From Elusimicrobiota bacterium (GTDB lineage Bacteria > Elusimicrobiota > Elusimicrobia > Elusimicrobiales > UBA9959), in assembly GCA_027340875.1 (NCBI GenBank), contig DAIENX010000048.1:1-27622 (forward strand): DNA of 27,622 bases. The letters are read 5' to 3'. The translations under genes and the position numbers were made by a program. The notes under the pieces are model-generated. The model was not told the DNA's origin, did no database searches, and saw only the letters and a list, made by a program, of their open reading frames with translations. Of this stretch, positions 1-8,941 are shown piece by piece. Each line of letters opens with the position of its first letter. The first letter of the stretch is position 1.

Positions 1-435
1 CTGGTGCGCCTGCCCAACATCATCGCCAAGAAGGAGCTTTTCTCGATCTGGCCCTTCGGCCGGTTCCTGCGCGACTGGGGGGCCATCCCGGTCGACCGCG
101 CCAGGGAAGGCGGGGACCTGGGCGCTCTGCGCGGCTGCCTCACCGCTCTCAGGCAGGACGGCTGCCTGGTCATCTTCCCCGAGGGCACCCGCGCCAAGGG
201 CCGGAAGCTCAAACCTAAGCCGGGAGTGGCCCTGATGGCGCACAAGTCTGGCGCCAGGGTGCTGGCCGCCCGCATTTTCAACAGCGAAAACTTCTCAAAA
301 TTAGGTAAAATAACCATTAAGTACGGCGCTATGAGGTCTTTCGAGCCTCCGGCAGACGGGGACCTTAAAGCGGCGTATGCCAGATTTTCTGAAGCCGTAA
401 TGTCCGATATCTTTTCTATAACAGAGGAGCAGTAG
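1..435 (+). CDS. plsC: 1-acyl-sn-glycerol-3-phosphate acyltransferase (5'-truncated by window)
   Basis: Acyltransferase motifs AKKELF, GAIPVDR and IFPEGTR. The frame is open from base 1. Position upstream of rpsA matches the common cmk-plsC-rpsA order. Confidence 0.9.
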   Translation: MVRLPNIIAKKELFSIWPFGRFLRDWGAIPVDRAREGGDLGALRGCLTALRQDGCLVIFPEGTRAKGRKLKPKPGVALMAHKSGARVLAARIFNSENFSKLGKITIKYGAMRSFEPPADGDLKAAYARFSEAVMSDIFSITEEQ

Positions 436-439
436 TCCC

Positions 440-1639
440 ATGGAAATCAACCCGACCAACCCCGCCGACGAGCAGGGAGCCCGCGAGAACGGCCCCGCCG
501 AGAAACCGGAAGAAGAGCTCTCGATGGCGGATCTTCTCAAGGCCGAAGAGCAGGTGGCCCAGAAGGTCAATGCCCGCGACGTCGTTTCGGTGCGCGTGGT
601 GCAGGTGACGGCCGACATGGTGCTGGTCGACATAGGCGAGAAGAAGGAAGGCGCGATCCCGCTGGCCGATTTCTCGGACGAGAAGACCCCGGTCCCCGGA
701 GACGAGGTCCAGGCCGTACTGGACAAAAAGGGCGGCGAGGGCCGCTACACGATGCTCTCGCACCGCCGCGCCCGCGAAAGGGCCGCCTGGGAGATGGTCA
801 AGACGCTTTTCGAGGCCAAGGAGCGCGTGAAGGGCAAGGTGGTGGAGACGGTCAAGGGCGGCTACATCGTGGACATCTCCGGCCTGCGCGCCTTCATGCC
901 GCTGTCCCTGTCGGAGCTCGGCGGGGCCCACAGGCATTATCTGCCCGTGAACGCAAAGATCAAGTTCTACATAACCGACCTCAGCGAGAAGGACCGCAAG
1001 GTAGTTGTTTCCCGCCGCCAGGTCCTGGAAGAGGACGAGAAGCAGCGCAAGTCGCAGGTGCTGGCCGAGATTGTCCCCGGCAACGTGGTGCGCGGCGTGG
1101 TCTCCAAGGTCACCGAGGACGCCCTGCTGGTCAGGTTCCAGGGGATAGAAGGCTCCGTGCGCGTGGAGGAAGTGGCCTGGAGGAACCCGCAGGAGGCGCT
1201 CAAGACCTACAAGCGCGGCCAGCGCGTGAAGTGCCGGGTCCTCTCCGTGGACCGCGAGAACGAGAAGATCGCCTTCGGCATGAAGCAGCTTATGGCCAAC
1301 CCGGTGGACATGCTCAAGCGCCGCTTCGCCCGCTACGCGCGGGTGAAGGCCAAGGTCGCCTCCGTGGCGCCCGAGGGCGCGCTGGCCAAGGTCGGAGAGA
1401 ACACCGAGGCCTGGATCCCGGCCGAGAACTACGGCGCCGACGGCGCGCCCAAGGAAGCCCAGGAAGTCAACGCCGTCGTGGTCGCCATCGACCATGAGAA
1501 ATACCGCCTTGTCCTTTCGGTGAAGCGCGCCGAGGAGATGGAGGACCGCAAGCGCATGGCGCAGTACCTGAAGGGCGCTCCTTCGCTGACGCTGGGCCAG
1601 ATCCTCCTGGAAAACTCGGAGGACGAAGGTGAGCTATGA
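440..1639 (+). CDS. rpsA: 30S ribosomal protein S1, short form with about four S1 domains
   Basis: Repeated S1 signatures (VLVDIGEKKEGAIP, KGGYIVDISGLRAFMPLS, KVVVSRR, EKIAFGMKQL). GAGGAG RBS upstream. Confidence 0.85.
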   Translation: MEINPTNPADEQGARENGPAEKPEEELSMADLLKAEEQVAQKVNARDVVSVRVVQVTADMVLVDIGEKKEGAIPLADFSDEKTPVPGDEVQAVLDKKGGEGRYTMLSHRRARERAAWEMVKTLFEAKERVKGKVVETVKGGYIVDISGLRAFMPLSLSELGGAHRHYLPVNAKIKFYITDLSEKDRKVVVSRRQVLEEDEKQRKSQVLAEIVPGNVVRGVVSKVTEDALLVRFQGIEGSVRVEEVAWRNPQEALKTYKRGQRVKCRVLSVDRENEKIAFGMKQLMANPVDMLKRRFARYARVKAKVASVAPEGALAKVGENTEAWIPAENYGADGAPKEAQEVNAVVVAIDHEKYRLVLSVKRAEEMEDRKRMAQYLKGAPSLTLGQILLENSEDEGEL

Positions 1640-2609
1640 GCGCAGCCAAGAAAGAACCGCGGCCGCGCTGAAAAAGATACTTCATTCCTACGGGGCGCCG
1701 CTGGGCATGCTGCTGTTCATCGTGCTGGCGGCGCTTTACATTTCCGTGTCGGGCCGCGGCGCCTCCGGGCGCGACTTCCCGAGACTGGGAACGCCGGCTC
1801 CGGACCAGGCGAAGGCCGAGCTGAGGCTGGAGGAGCTCCGCAAGAGGCTCGACGAGAACCCCAACGATATCCGCGCCCTGGACGAGGCCGGGCGCCTGAA
1901 GTTCCGGCTCGGCCCGGCGCATTACGTGGACGCGATCTCGGACCTCGAGAACGCCCGTTCGCTGGGACTGGCCGACCCCCGCTCCTTCTATTACCTGGGC
2001 GTGATGTACCAGGCCGTCGGCCTCTACGAGTTCTCCGCGCAGGAGTACCGCCGCTTCCTGAACAATTATCCCGGCGACAACGAGGTCAGGATGCTGCTGG
2101 CAAAGCTCTATTTCGCCTCCGGGGACTTTCCGGGCGCGGTCAGGGAGTACGAGGCCATGAAGCGCGACGGCTCCAGGGACCCGGTGCTCTTCGAGAACCT
2201 GGCCCTGGCGCTCTGGAAGAGCGGCGGGGATTACGCCCCGGTGCTGGCCGAGCTGCGCGCCTCCGGCGGGCAGGGCGCCTTCCTGGCGGACTACGCCGAG
2301 GGCCGCGTCCGCTACGAGCAGAAGGATTACGCCGGCGCGCTGCCGCTGCTGGAGGAGGCGGCCTCGGCCGAGGCCTCCTTCGGGGCCTTCTCCGACAGGG
2401 AATCGCTTTTCTGGATGGCCGGCGACTCCGCCGGCCGGACGAAGGACCTGGGCGCGGCCGCCCGTTATCTGGGCGAGCTGCTCAAGGTGAACCCGGGGCA
2501 TGAGGAAGGCAAGAGGCTGCTGGCCAAGGTCGAGAAGGCCGCGGCGGCGGAGGCCAAGGCCGCCGAGAAGGCCGCTAAAGCCGCGGCGAAGGCTTCCGTT
2601 AAGCGCTGA
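1629..2609 (+). CDS. Membrane-anchored tetratricopeptide-repeat protein
   Basis: N-terminal hydrophobic helix, multiple TPR-like repeats (YYLGVMYQAVG, LLAKLYFASGD) and an Ala/Lys-rich tail. GTG start overlaps the rpsA end. Confidence 0.8.
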   Translation: MSYERSQERTAAALKKILHSYGAPLGMLLFIVLAALYISVSGRGASGRDFPRLGTPAPDQAKAELRLEELRKRLDENPNDIRALDEAGRLKFRLGPAHYVDAISDLENARSLGLADPRSFYYLGVMYQAVGLYEFSAQEYRRFLNNYPGDNEVRMLLAKLYFASGDFPGAVREYEAMKRDGSRDPVLFENLALALWKSGGDYAPVLAELRASGGQGAFLADYAEGRVRYEQKDYAGALPLLEEAASAEASFGAFSDRESLFWMAGDSAGRTKDLGAAARYLGELLKVNPGHEEGKRLLAKVEKAAAAEAKAAEKAAKAAAKASVKR

Positions 2610-2639
2610 CCGCGCCGGGGCGCGGCGGCCTGTCAACAG

Positions 2640-5465
2640 ATGAGGAACCCGATTCTCCTGAAAGCGGCAGCGGCCCTCCTGATCGCGGCGGGGATGGCGA
2701 GGCCGCTCTCCGCCCTCGAAGAGAACAAGGTGATCGTCCGCGACTTCGCCTGGAAGATCTACTCCACCGAGCATTTCGACATCCACTACTACGACGGCTC
2801 CGAGCCGTGGGTCCCGTACGCTTCCGGCGTGCTGGAGGCCGCCTACCGCCGGGAATCCGCCGACCTGAACCCCGCCCTTTCCAAGCGCATCCCGTTCTTC
2901 CTCTACGGCAGCATCAACGACATGGAGCAGTCGACCATCGCCGACGTGGGGGACGGCGTGGGCGGCCTCACCGAGCCTTTCAAGGACCGCTTCATGGTCT
3001 GGTCCGACGGTTCCAAGGGCTGGCTGAAGGACGTCATAGAGCACGAGTTCGCCCACGAAGAGGAGTTCAGCGTCCTGATAGACGGCTTCTGGAAAAGCGC
3101 CCGCATCCTGAAGACCTACATCTACCCGCTCTGGATGATGGAGGGCATGTCCGAGTACGAGACCGGCATGAGCGACTACGCCGTCGAGAAGCTTTACGTC
3201 AGGGACGCGGTGCTCAGCGGAGGCCTGATCCCCCTTTCCCGGCTCAACCAGTTCTCCCATTTGAAACCGCACCAGGTCACGCTCGCCTACAAGACCGGCG
3301 CCCAGGCCATCCGCTTCCTGGCCGAGCAGTACGGAGAGGACAAGCCGCGCAAGATGCTGGAACTGTTCCGCAGCCGTTACGAGGCCGGCTCGGTGCTGAC
3401 GCCGTTGATAGGCTGCGACCTGGACGCTTTCGAGAAGAAGTTCAAGGAGTACCTTGAGTTCAAGTACCTCACGGAGGCGCGCGACGAGAAACTGCAGGAG
3501 CCGTGGCGTTACGGGGAACGCCTGACGCGCGGCAGCGGCAACATCCCGGAGTTCAACATGACCCCCGCGCCGTCGCCCGACGGCAAGCGCGTAGCCTATC
3601 TCTCGACCAGGCACGGACATCCCCCGGAGGTCAGGATCAGGGACCTGCGTTCCGGCAAGGAGGCCGCGCTGACCGCGCTTTCCGCCGGCGCCGAGAACAT
3701 CCCGTACGGCCGGTTCACGAAGCCCCTGCGTTCGCTGGCGTGGTCGTCTGACGGACGTTACCTGGCCTTCAGCGGCCAGAAGAACCACCGGGAGTACCTG
3801 TACCTCTACGAGCCGGACACCGGGAAGGTGCGCCGCTCCACGGTGGACGGGCTCTACGAGCTGCGCCAGCCGGCTTTCTCTCCCGACGGGAAAAAAGTGG
3901 CGTTCGTCGGGATGAAGGGAGGCTTCAACGACCTCTACGAGCTGCCCGTCGCCCTTCTGGCCCGCGGGGGGGATATCCCGCTGGACAAGGCCGCCAGGCT
4001 GACGGACAGCCCGCAGGACGAGAGCTCCCCCGCCTATTCCCCCGACGGCACTATATTGGCCTATTCCTGCGAGGTCGACGCCTCCAGCGGCCCGGTGCGC
4101 GACCTCTGCCTGCTGCGCCGGGGAGGCAAGCCGGAAGACGTGCATTTCGAGGGCGGCAGCGTATACGACCCGGTCTTCTCTGACGACGGGTCCATCTATT
4201 TCATCTCGGACGCCGGTTACGATTTCGAGCTTTACAAGCGCGACGCGACGGGGGCCGTCTTCCGCATGACGCGCAGCCTCGGCGGCATCTTTACGCCGGC
4301 CGTGTCCGGCGGGAAGATCTTCTTCTCGTCCTTCCGCAACGGAGGGGTGGACATCTATTCCGGCGCCCCGGAGGATTTCCTGTACGAGCGCCAGGGGACG
4401 GGCCCGGCCGCGGCGGAGGACTTCTCGGTAAAGCCTTCTTCGGGGACATACGGGCCCTACAGGTTCAAGGCTTCCACGGACCTGTTCTTCCCGGCGTTCC
4501 TGTTCTCCTCCCCCGGCGGACTTTTCTGGATGAACTACTGGCAGGCCTCGGACATGCTCGGGCGCCACAACCTGGCGCTTTACCTCAACTACAATTCCGG
4601 AGCGGATTTCCTGAGCCTGCAGGCCAGCTATACCTACAACCGCTGGCGCATGCCGCTGTACCTGCAGACCAGCGTGCTCACCTACAACGGCCTCACCACG
4701 GCCGACAGCCTGGAGTACGACAAGCGCTATTTCCGCCACGCCGCCGGCACGGCCTGGCCCTTCGACCGGTACAACCGGGTGGAAGCCTTCGCCATCGTGA
4801 AGGACGAGCGCAACGACTACAAGGACATCTCCCTGACCGAGAAGCTGCGCACCCGCGCCCTGCAGACCGGCTACGTGCGGGACACCGTAGACGGGCTCTA
4901 CCTGACGGCAGTGCGCGGCTCGAGGACGGAGTTCACCTGGCTGACGGCCAGGGAGACCGCCGGCGGCAACCTGATATACGACGTCTACATGGCGCAGTAC
5001 CTGAAGTATTTCCCGCTCTCCAAGAGGTCCGCCTTCGTGAACCGCGTGATGGCCGGCCAGAGCACCGGCCGGGACCGGCGCGTCTTCGATTTCGGCGGCC
5101 TCGGCGGCGTGCGCGGCTTTTCCCGCTCATCCGACCTTTACGAGAAGCCCGGCGTTATGATAGACAACGCGGAGTTTCGTTTCCCGCTGGTCAAGGATAT
5201 GGACTACTACATGTGGTACATGTTCCCGGATTTTTACTTCAAGGGGATCTACGGCAAGATTTTCGTGGACTCGGCCTACGGCTGGGACGAAGCCTCCCAG
5301 CTGCGCGGCCTCGGGATGAAGGACCTGAGGAGCGCGGTGGGCGCCGGCGTCAACGTGCACACCTTCATCCTGCAGGCCTTCCAGATGGTGCTCAGCTTCG
5401 ACTACGCGGTGCGCACTTCCGACGGCGGCCGGATATTCTATTTCTACCTGGGGCCGCTGTTCTAA
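2640..5465 (+). CDS. Omp85/BamA-family outer-membrane protein with N-terminal gluzincin-like peptidase domain and TolB-like PD40 beta-propeller
   Basis: Signal peptide; HEFAH followed by WMMEGMSEY; repeated P-x-W/F/Y-S-PDG motifs; C-terminal barrel with GGVRGF loop motif and terminal FYLGPLF. Confidence 0.85.
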   Translation: MRNPILLKAAAALLIAAGMARPLSALEENKVIVRDFAWKIYSTEHFDIHYYDGSEPWVPYASGVLEAAYRRESADLNPALSKRIPFFLYGSINDMEQSTIADVGDGVGGLTEPFKDRFMVWSDGSKGWLKDVIEHEFAHEEEFSVLIDGFWKSARILKTYIYPLWMMEGMSEYETGMSDYAVEKLYVRDAVLSGGLIPLSRLNQFSHLKPHQVTLAYKTGAQAIRFLAEQYGEDKPRKMLELFRSRYEAGSVLTPLIGCDLDAFEKKFKEYLEFKYLTEARDEKLQEPWRYGERLTRGSGNIPEFNMTPAPSPDGKRVAYLSTRHGHPPEVRIRDLRSGKEAALTALSAGAENIPYGRFTKPLRSLAWSSDGRYLAFSGQKNHREYLYLYEPDTGKVRRSTVDGLYELRQPAFSPDGKKVAFVGMKGGFNDLYELPVALLARGGDIPLDKAARLTDSPQDESSPAYSPDGTILAYSCEVDASSGPVRDLCLLRRGGKPEDVHFEGGSVYDPVFSDDGSIYFISDAGYDFELYKRDATGAVFRMTRSLGGIFTPAVSGGKIFFSSFRNGGVDIYSGAPEDFLYERQGTGPAAAEDFSVKPSSGTYGPYRFKASTDLFFPAFLFSSPGGLFWMNYWQASDMLGRHNLALYLNYNSGADFLSLQASYTYNRWRMPLYLQTSVLTYNGLTTADSLEYDKRYFRHAAGTAWPFDRYNRVEAFAIVKDERNDYKDISLTEKLRTRALQTGYVRDTVDGLYLTAVRGSRTEFTWLTARETAGGNLIYDVYMAQYLKYFPLSKRSAFVNRVMAGQSTGRDRRVFDFGGLGGVRGFSRSSDLYEKPGVMIDNAEFRFPLVKDMDYYMWYMFPDFYFKGIYGKIFVDSAYGWDEASQLRGLGMKDLRSAVGAGVNVHTFILQAFQMVLSFDYAVRTSDGGRIFYFYLGPLF

Positions 5466-5502
5466 GCCCGGGTGCCTGGCGGGGGTCCTCGGGAGGTATT
5501 TT

Positions 5503-6645
5503 ATGCTAGAATTCAAGGATATGAAGAACATGAATAAGATGTCCTTGCTGATACTCTTGTTCGCTGTCCCTGGCCTGCTGCAGGCGCAGGCTCCGTCCAA
5601 GGAGACTTCCGGGAAACCCGCGGTCAAGAAGACCGCGCCCGCCGCCAAGAAAAAGACCGCCAAGCCGGCCGCCGAGAAGGCAAAGCCGGCCGCCGAGAAG
5701 GCAAAGCCGGCCGCGGAGCAGACCAAGCCGGCCGCGGAGCAGACCAAGCCGGTCTCGCCGCAAGCAAAGCAGGAAGCTCCCGTGAGCCCTTTTGATTCCG
5801 CGATGGCCGGCCTGAAGTCCAAGGACGCCGCGGAACGCCGCCAGGCCGCGGAGAAGCTGGGGCAGTTGCGCGACCAGAAGGCCGTTCCCGCGCTTATAAA
5901 GGCCATTTCCGACCAGTCGCCGCTGGTGAGGCAGTCCGCCGTCGATTCGCTGGGGCTGATGACCAGCCGTGAAGCCGCTCCCGTCCTGGCCGATGTCCTT
6001 ATCAAGGATGCCGACCCAGCGGTGCGCCAGCAGGCCGCGATATCGCTCTCCTATATTATGGACCAGAACACGGGTCCGGCTCTGGTAAAGGCCCTCAAGG
6101 ACCCCGCTCAGCCTGTGCGCTACGCGGCCCTGCATACGCTGGGTGTGATCCATTACGCTCCAGCCGAGAAGGATATGATCGGCATGCTCGCCTCCGAGGA
6201 CCAGAGCATGCGACGGGGGGCCATCGCCTCGCTCGGCCAGATGCAGTCCAAATCCGCCGGCGAGCCCATAGCCGCCCAGCTCGGCGACCCGGACCAGTAC
6301 GTCAAGATAGAGGCCATCAAGGCCGTTGGCAATATCGGCTATGCGCCGGCCGCGCCGCAGCTCGTCAAGCTGCTGGACAAGTCAGAGCAGCCGCCGGTCC
6401 GGGTGGAAGCAGCCCTCGCGCTCTCCAAGATGGGCATGCCCGACGGTCTGATGACCGCTTACGAGTTCATCAGGTCTCCTGAGCTCAGCATGCGCAGCCA
6501 GTCGATGAACATAATAGCCGCCGTAGGAGACGCCCGCAGCCTGCAGTTCGTGCAGGAGTTGTACAACACCGAGACGGACCCCTCCAACAAGAGCATGCTG
6601 GACTTCACCGTCCAGAGGCTCAAGGCCAGGCTGTCCCAGAAATAA
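5503..6645 (+). CDS. Exported HEAT-repeat protein with Lys/Ala/Pro-rich linker
   Basis: GGAGG RBS; signal-like LLILLFAVPGLLQAQA; about eight HEAT/PBS-lyase-type repeats (VRQSAVDSLG, VRYAALHTLG, VRVEAALALS). Confidence 0.85.
   Translation: MLEFKDMKNMNKMSLLILLFAVPGLLQAQAPSKETSGKPAVKKTAPAAKKKTAKPAAEKAKPAAEKAKPAAEQTKPAAEQTKPVSPQAKQEAPVSPFDSAMAGLKSKDAAERRQAAEKLGQLRDQKAVPALIKAISDQSPLVRQSAVDSLGLMTSREAAPVLADVLIKDADPAVRQQAAISLSYIMDQNTGPALVKALKDPAQPVRYAALHTLGVIHYAPAEKDMIGMLASEDQSMRRGAIASLGQMQSKSAGEPIAAQLGDPDQYVKIEAIKAVGNIGYAPAAPQLVKLLDKSEQPPVRVEAALALSKMGMPDGLMTAYEFIRSPELSMRSQSMNIIAAVGDARSLQFVQELYNTETDPSNKSMLDFTVQRLKARLSQK
5662..5752 (+). repeat. In-frame 21-bp tandem repeat (4 units plus partial) encoding KPAAEKA x2, KPAAEQT x2
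   Basis: AAGCCGGCCGCCGAGAAGGCA x2, AAGCCGGCCGCGGAGCAGACC x2, then AAGCCGG. Confidence 0.95.
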
Positions 6646-6681
6646 CCCGGGCGCCCCTTCCGGCGCCCCGGACCCCGGCAG

Positions 6682-6954
6682 ATGGCAAGGAACAAGGCGA
6701 AAGCAAAGCGCGCGCAGGCGAACCAGCCCGCGCGCGCTGTTTTTCCGGCGCCGGTTGTCGTTCCGGCGGAAGAGGAGGGGGGGAGGAAACCCCTCTGGCT
6801 TTGGCTGCTGGCCGCGGTACTTATTGTCTGCGGCTATTCCCTCCTTGGTAAAGTCGATCCGTACGGCCAGAACATCTGGGCGGTGCTCTCCCCGGTGCTT
6901 ATTCTGGCCGGCTACCTGGCAATTATCCCGGCAATACTGCTGACCTTCCGGTAA
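6682..6954 (+). CDS. Small membrane protein with two predicted TM helices
   Basis: Basic N-terminus followed by two hydrophobic segments. Same strand as, and 36 bp after, the HEAT gene. Confidence 0.7.
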   Translation: MARNKAKAKRAQANQPARAVFPAPVVVPAEEEGGRKPLWLWLLAAVLIVCGYSLLGKVDPYGQNIWAVLSPVLILAGYLAIIPAILLTFR

Positions 6955-7202
6955 TTAACGGCTTCCCGGCGGATATTCTGTCCGGAAATGCCGGATTTCC
7001 CTTTACGGAGGGGGGAAAGAAGGTCTTGGCGGACTTTCTCGGACATTTACTGGCGCCGCTTTCCCCTCATTTTCCCTGAGATCCGGGCAAATCTCCGGAT
7101 TTTGGGCGTTTTGGGCCGTGAGGTCACCTTATTCTCCCGATAATTCCCCACCATGAGGCCGCCGGCTCCCCGACATCCGCGAATTGCAGCGGGTTTTTTC
7201 CT

Positions 7203-7554
7203 CCTCGTGGTATTTTCAAAGTTCCTTAGATCGCCCCGTACCCGGGCTTTTTGAGGTCTTGGCCGTCTTCATGGTATTTTGCGGAACGGCTATTTCCCGC
7301 CCTTTATTCTGCCTGTTTTGCCCCTCATTGCCTTCATAGTGTTTTGAAAAAGCCGAAAAACAGGCTGATTTTCGCCTGTTTTCAGGGGGGGTGGCTTGCT
7401 GGTATTTTGAGGAATTTGGCCCTATAGGGGGTATTTCAGGCCTGGGAAAACCCTGCTCAACCTCCCCTATCCGGGCCGGCTAAATGGGTTTTAAAAAGTT
7501 GCCAACTTTTCGCGGCTCCGGGTTCGCGGCACGGAGGCCTCTTCATGGTATTTT
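7203..7554 (+). repeat. Dispersed direct-repeat array, consensus CTTCATGGTATTTT (5 copies)
   Basis: Copies at 7203 (CCTCGTGGTATTTT), 7267 (exact), 7332 (CTTCATAGTGTTTT), 7395 (CTTGCTGGTATTTT) and 7541 (exact). Spacings 64, 65, 63 and 146 bp. Confidence 0.7.
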
Positions 7555-7802
7555 AGAGCGGGCCGATTTTCTGAAAATTTGCCTCTTTTTCCAAAACTCA
7601 TTTTTAAAAATTTGCCAGAAAAATTGATTTCAGGGTTCGGGGCGCCGGGGTTGGCAGCCCCGCCAGGGGGCATTCTGGCTGCTAGTTATGAAAATCTATA
7701 AATGATATTGGATATTGAAAAATAGTTATTGTAATATAAGGATATTTTAAGAAATACTTAGTGTGGTTGTTGATGTGAGCGCGCTAAAGGAGGAGATTGC
7801 AT

Positions 7803-7830
7803 TATTAACATAATATATATTATCGTGAGT
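7803..7830 (-). other. dif: dif site (XerC/XerD chromosome-dimer resolution site)
   Basis: Minus strand reads ACTCACGATAA-TATATA-TTATGTTAATA: 11-6-11 architecture. The XerD arm is nearly identical to E. coli TTATGTTAAAT and the central hexamer is as in B. subtilis dif. It lies in non-coding DNA exactly where gene orientation converges. Confidence 0.9.
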
Positions 7831-7959
7831 TGTATCCAGGGGGCGGGGGCGTGGCTCTTTCAGGTCGTGTTTTCTGCTTGTTCGCGGGTTTCGGCGGCGT
7901 TTCGCGGTGGCTTTTGGCTTGCGGGCTTGGATCCTCTCTGTGGCTTGGGTGATGCGCTG

Positions 7960-8460
7960 TTAGCGCCCCTCCATGAGCTTTCTGGCTTCAAGCCAGGCTA
8001 TTTCCAGGCCGCGGTCGGTTATTCTGTAGGTGCGGTTGCGCTTGCTTCCCGAGGCGGTTATCAGTCTGTCCCGGAGCGCCTTTGTCAGCGTTCTGTCCAG
8101 TCTTTCCGGTGCGTATCCCGAGGCCTTTATCGCTTTGGACAGGGTTATCGCGCTTAGCTCTCTGGCGCCCTGGAGGCTGGCCCCGGCTGCCAGCAGCAGC
8201 AGCGCCGCTTCCTGGGCCTTCAGGCCGTGGCGCTTTTCCTTTAATATGGTGAGTCCTTTGTGGCTAGCCGTCAGGGCGCTCCAGTCCGGGGTCTTTCCGG
8301 GCTGCTGCGGCTCCGGCCTGGCCGTCTCGGCCCCGGCCGTGTGGCGGGGCGCCTCTAGCCGGCCAAGAAAGCCTTCTTTCTCGCTCTGGATGAACTCCGC
8401 CGGGCCTTCCGCCTCGAATTCCGCGCCTGAAGGATGCTTGAGGCGTAATTTGTAGTTCAT
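7960..8460 (-). CDS. Hypothetical protein (166 aa) with C-terminal winged-helix-like domain
   Basis: ATG at 8460 preceded by AGGAG. C-terminus has a helix-turn-helix then wing pattern (RLDRTLTKALRDRLITASGSKRNRTYRITDRG), resembling PadR/MarR-type wHTH ends. Confidence 0.7.
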   Translation of the reverse strand: MNYKLRLKHPSGAEFEAEGPAEFIQSEKEGFLGRLEAPRHTAGAETARPEPQQPGKTPDWSALTASHKGLTILKEKRHGLKAQEAALLLLAAGASLQGARELSAITLSKAIKASGYAPERLDRTLTKALRDRLITASGSKRNRTYRITDRGLEIAWLEARKLMEGR

Positions 8461-8512
8461 GGTGGTCTGCTCCTGGCGGCTCTTGAGTGGTATTCGGGGC
8501 TTTTTGGGCTCT

Positions 8513-8593
8513 ATATGCCTATAGGCTAGCATATGGAATATTATATGTCAACATATGCCTATTATATGGCAGACATATGTCAACAATTGTTGA
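8513..8593 (-). promoter_or_regulatory. Putative sigma70 promoter of the wHTH gene embedded in an operator-like repeat cluster
   Basis: Minus strand TTGACA (8551-8546), 17 bp spacer, TAGCCT (8528-8523). Six ATATG pentamers; palindromes GCCTATAGGC, GACATATGTC and TCAACAATTGTTGA. Confidence 0.55.
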
Positions 8594-8898
8594 TATCCTG
8601 TTCACAAAGCCCTGGCTCCGTTCACTGCCTGGAGTGTTTTTTTGACGATATCTGCGTATATTATGGGCCCGGTATGGAATATTCCTCCATTCGCCCCGGT
8701 TTTGCGGGGGGAGGAGGGGCATAAGGGTTATTTTTCCCCCACTTCCCGGCATCTGCCAGGGGTGTGATATGCAGGCCCCCCCCTCCCGCCGAGCCGCTGC
8801 GGCCATAGCGGCCCGGCTAATGCCATTGTTCCCAATGCGGCGCCGCAGTTGCCCGTGGGCGCGCGGTATATGATCGAGGGGCTTGCCCCCCAGGCAAT

Positions 8899-8922
8899 AA
8901 AAAACCGGCGCGTGGCCGGTTC
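8899..8922 (-). terminator. Intrinsic terminator after beta-barrel gene 8942-10270
   Basis: Hairpin AACCGGC/GCCGGTT with adjacent A6 (U-tract on the minus strand). Confidence 0.7.
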
Positions 8923-8941
8923 GCGTGGCTTTGCCGGGACG

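Noticed and set aside
1467..4739. 1090-aa minus-strand ORF and similar long antisense ORFs (416-1495, 8849-10210, 15498-17003, 23018-23875)
   Set aside because: Shadows of well-supported genes on the opposite strand, caused by high GC3 codon bias; no recognisable motifs.
7203..7554. Possible degenerate CRISPR array (64-bp periodicity)
   Set aside because: The conserved unit is only 14 bp, non-palindromic and degenerate, with ~50-bp compositionally biased spacers and no cas genes. Kept as a motif array.
7491..7673. Short ORFs in the terminus region (also 7825-8157, 8519-8806, 8533-8724)
   Set aside because: No host-like codon usage or protein motifs; several overlap dif, the wHTH gene or the operator cluster.
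7681..7830. AT-rich stretch as oriC/DUE
   Set aside because: No clustered TTATCCACA boxes; genes converge rather than diverge; a dif site is present.
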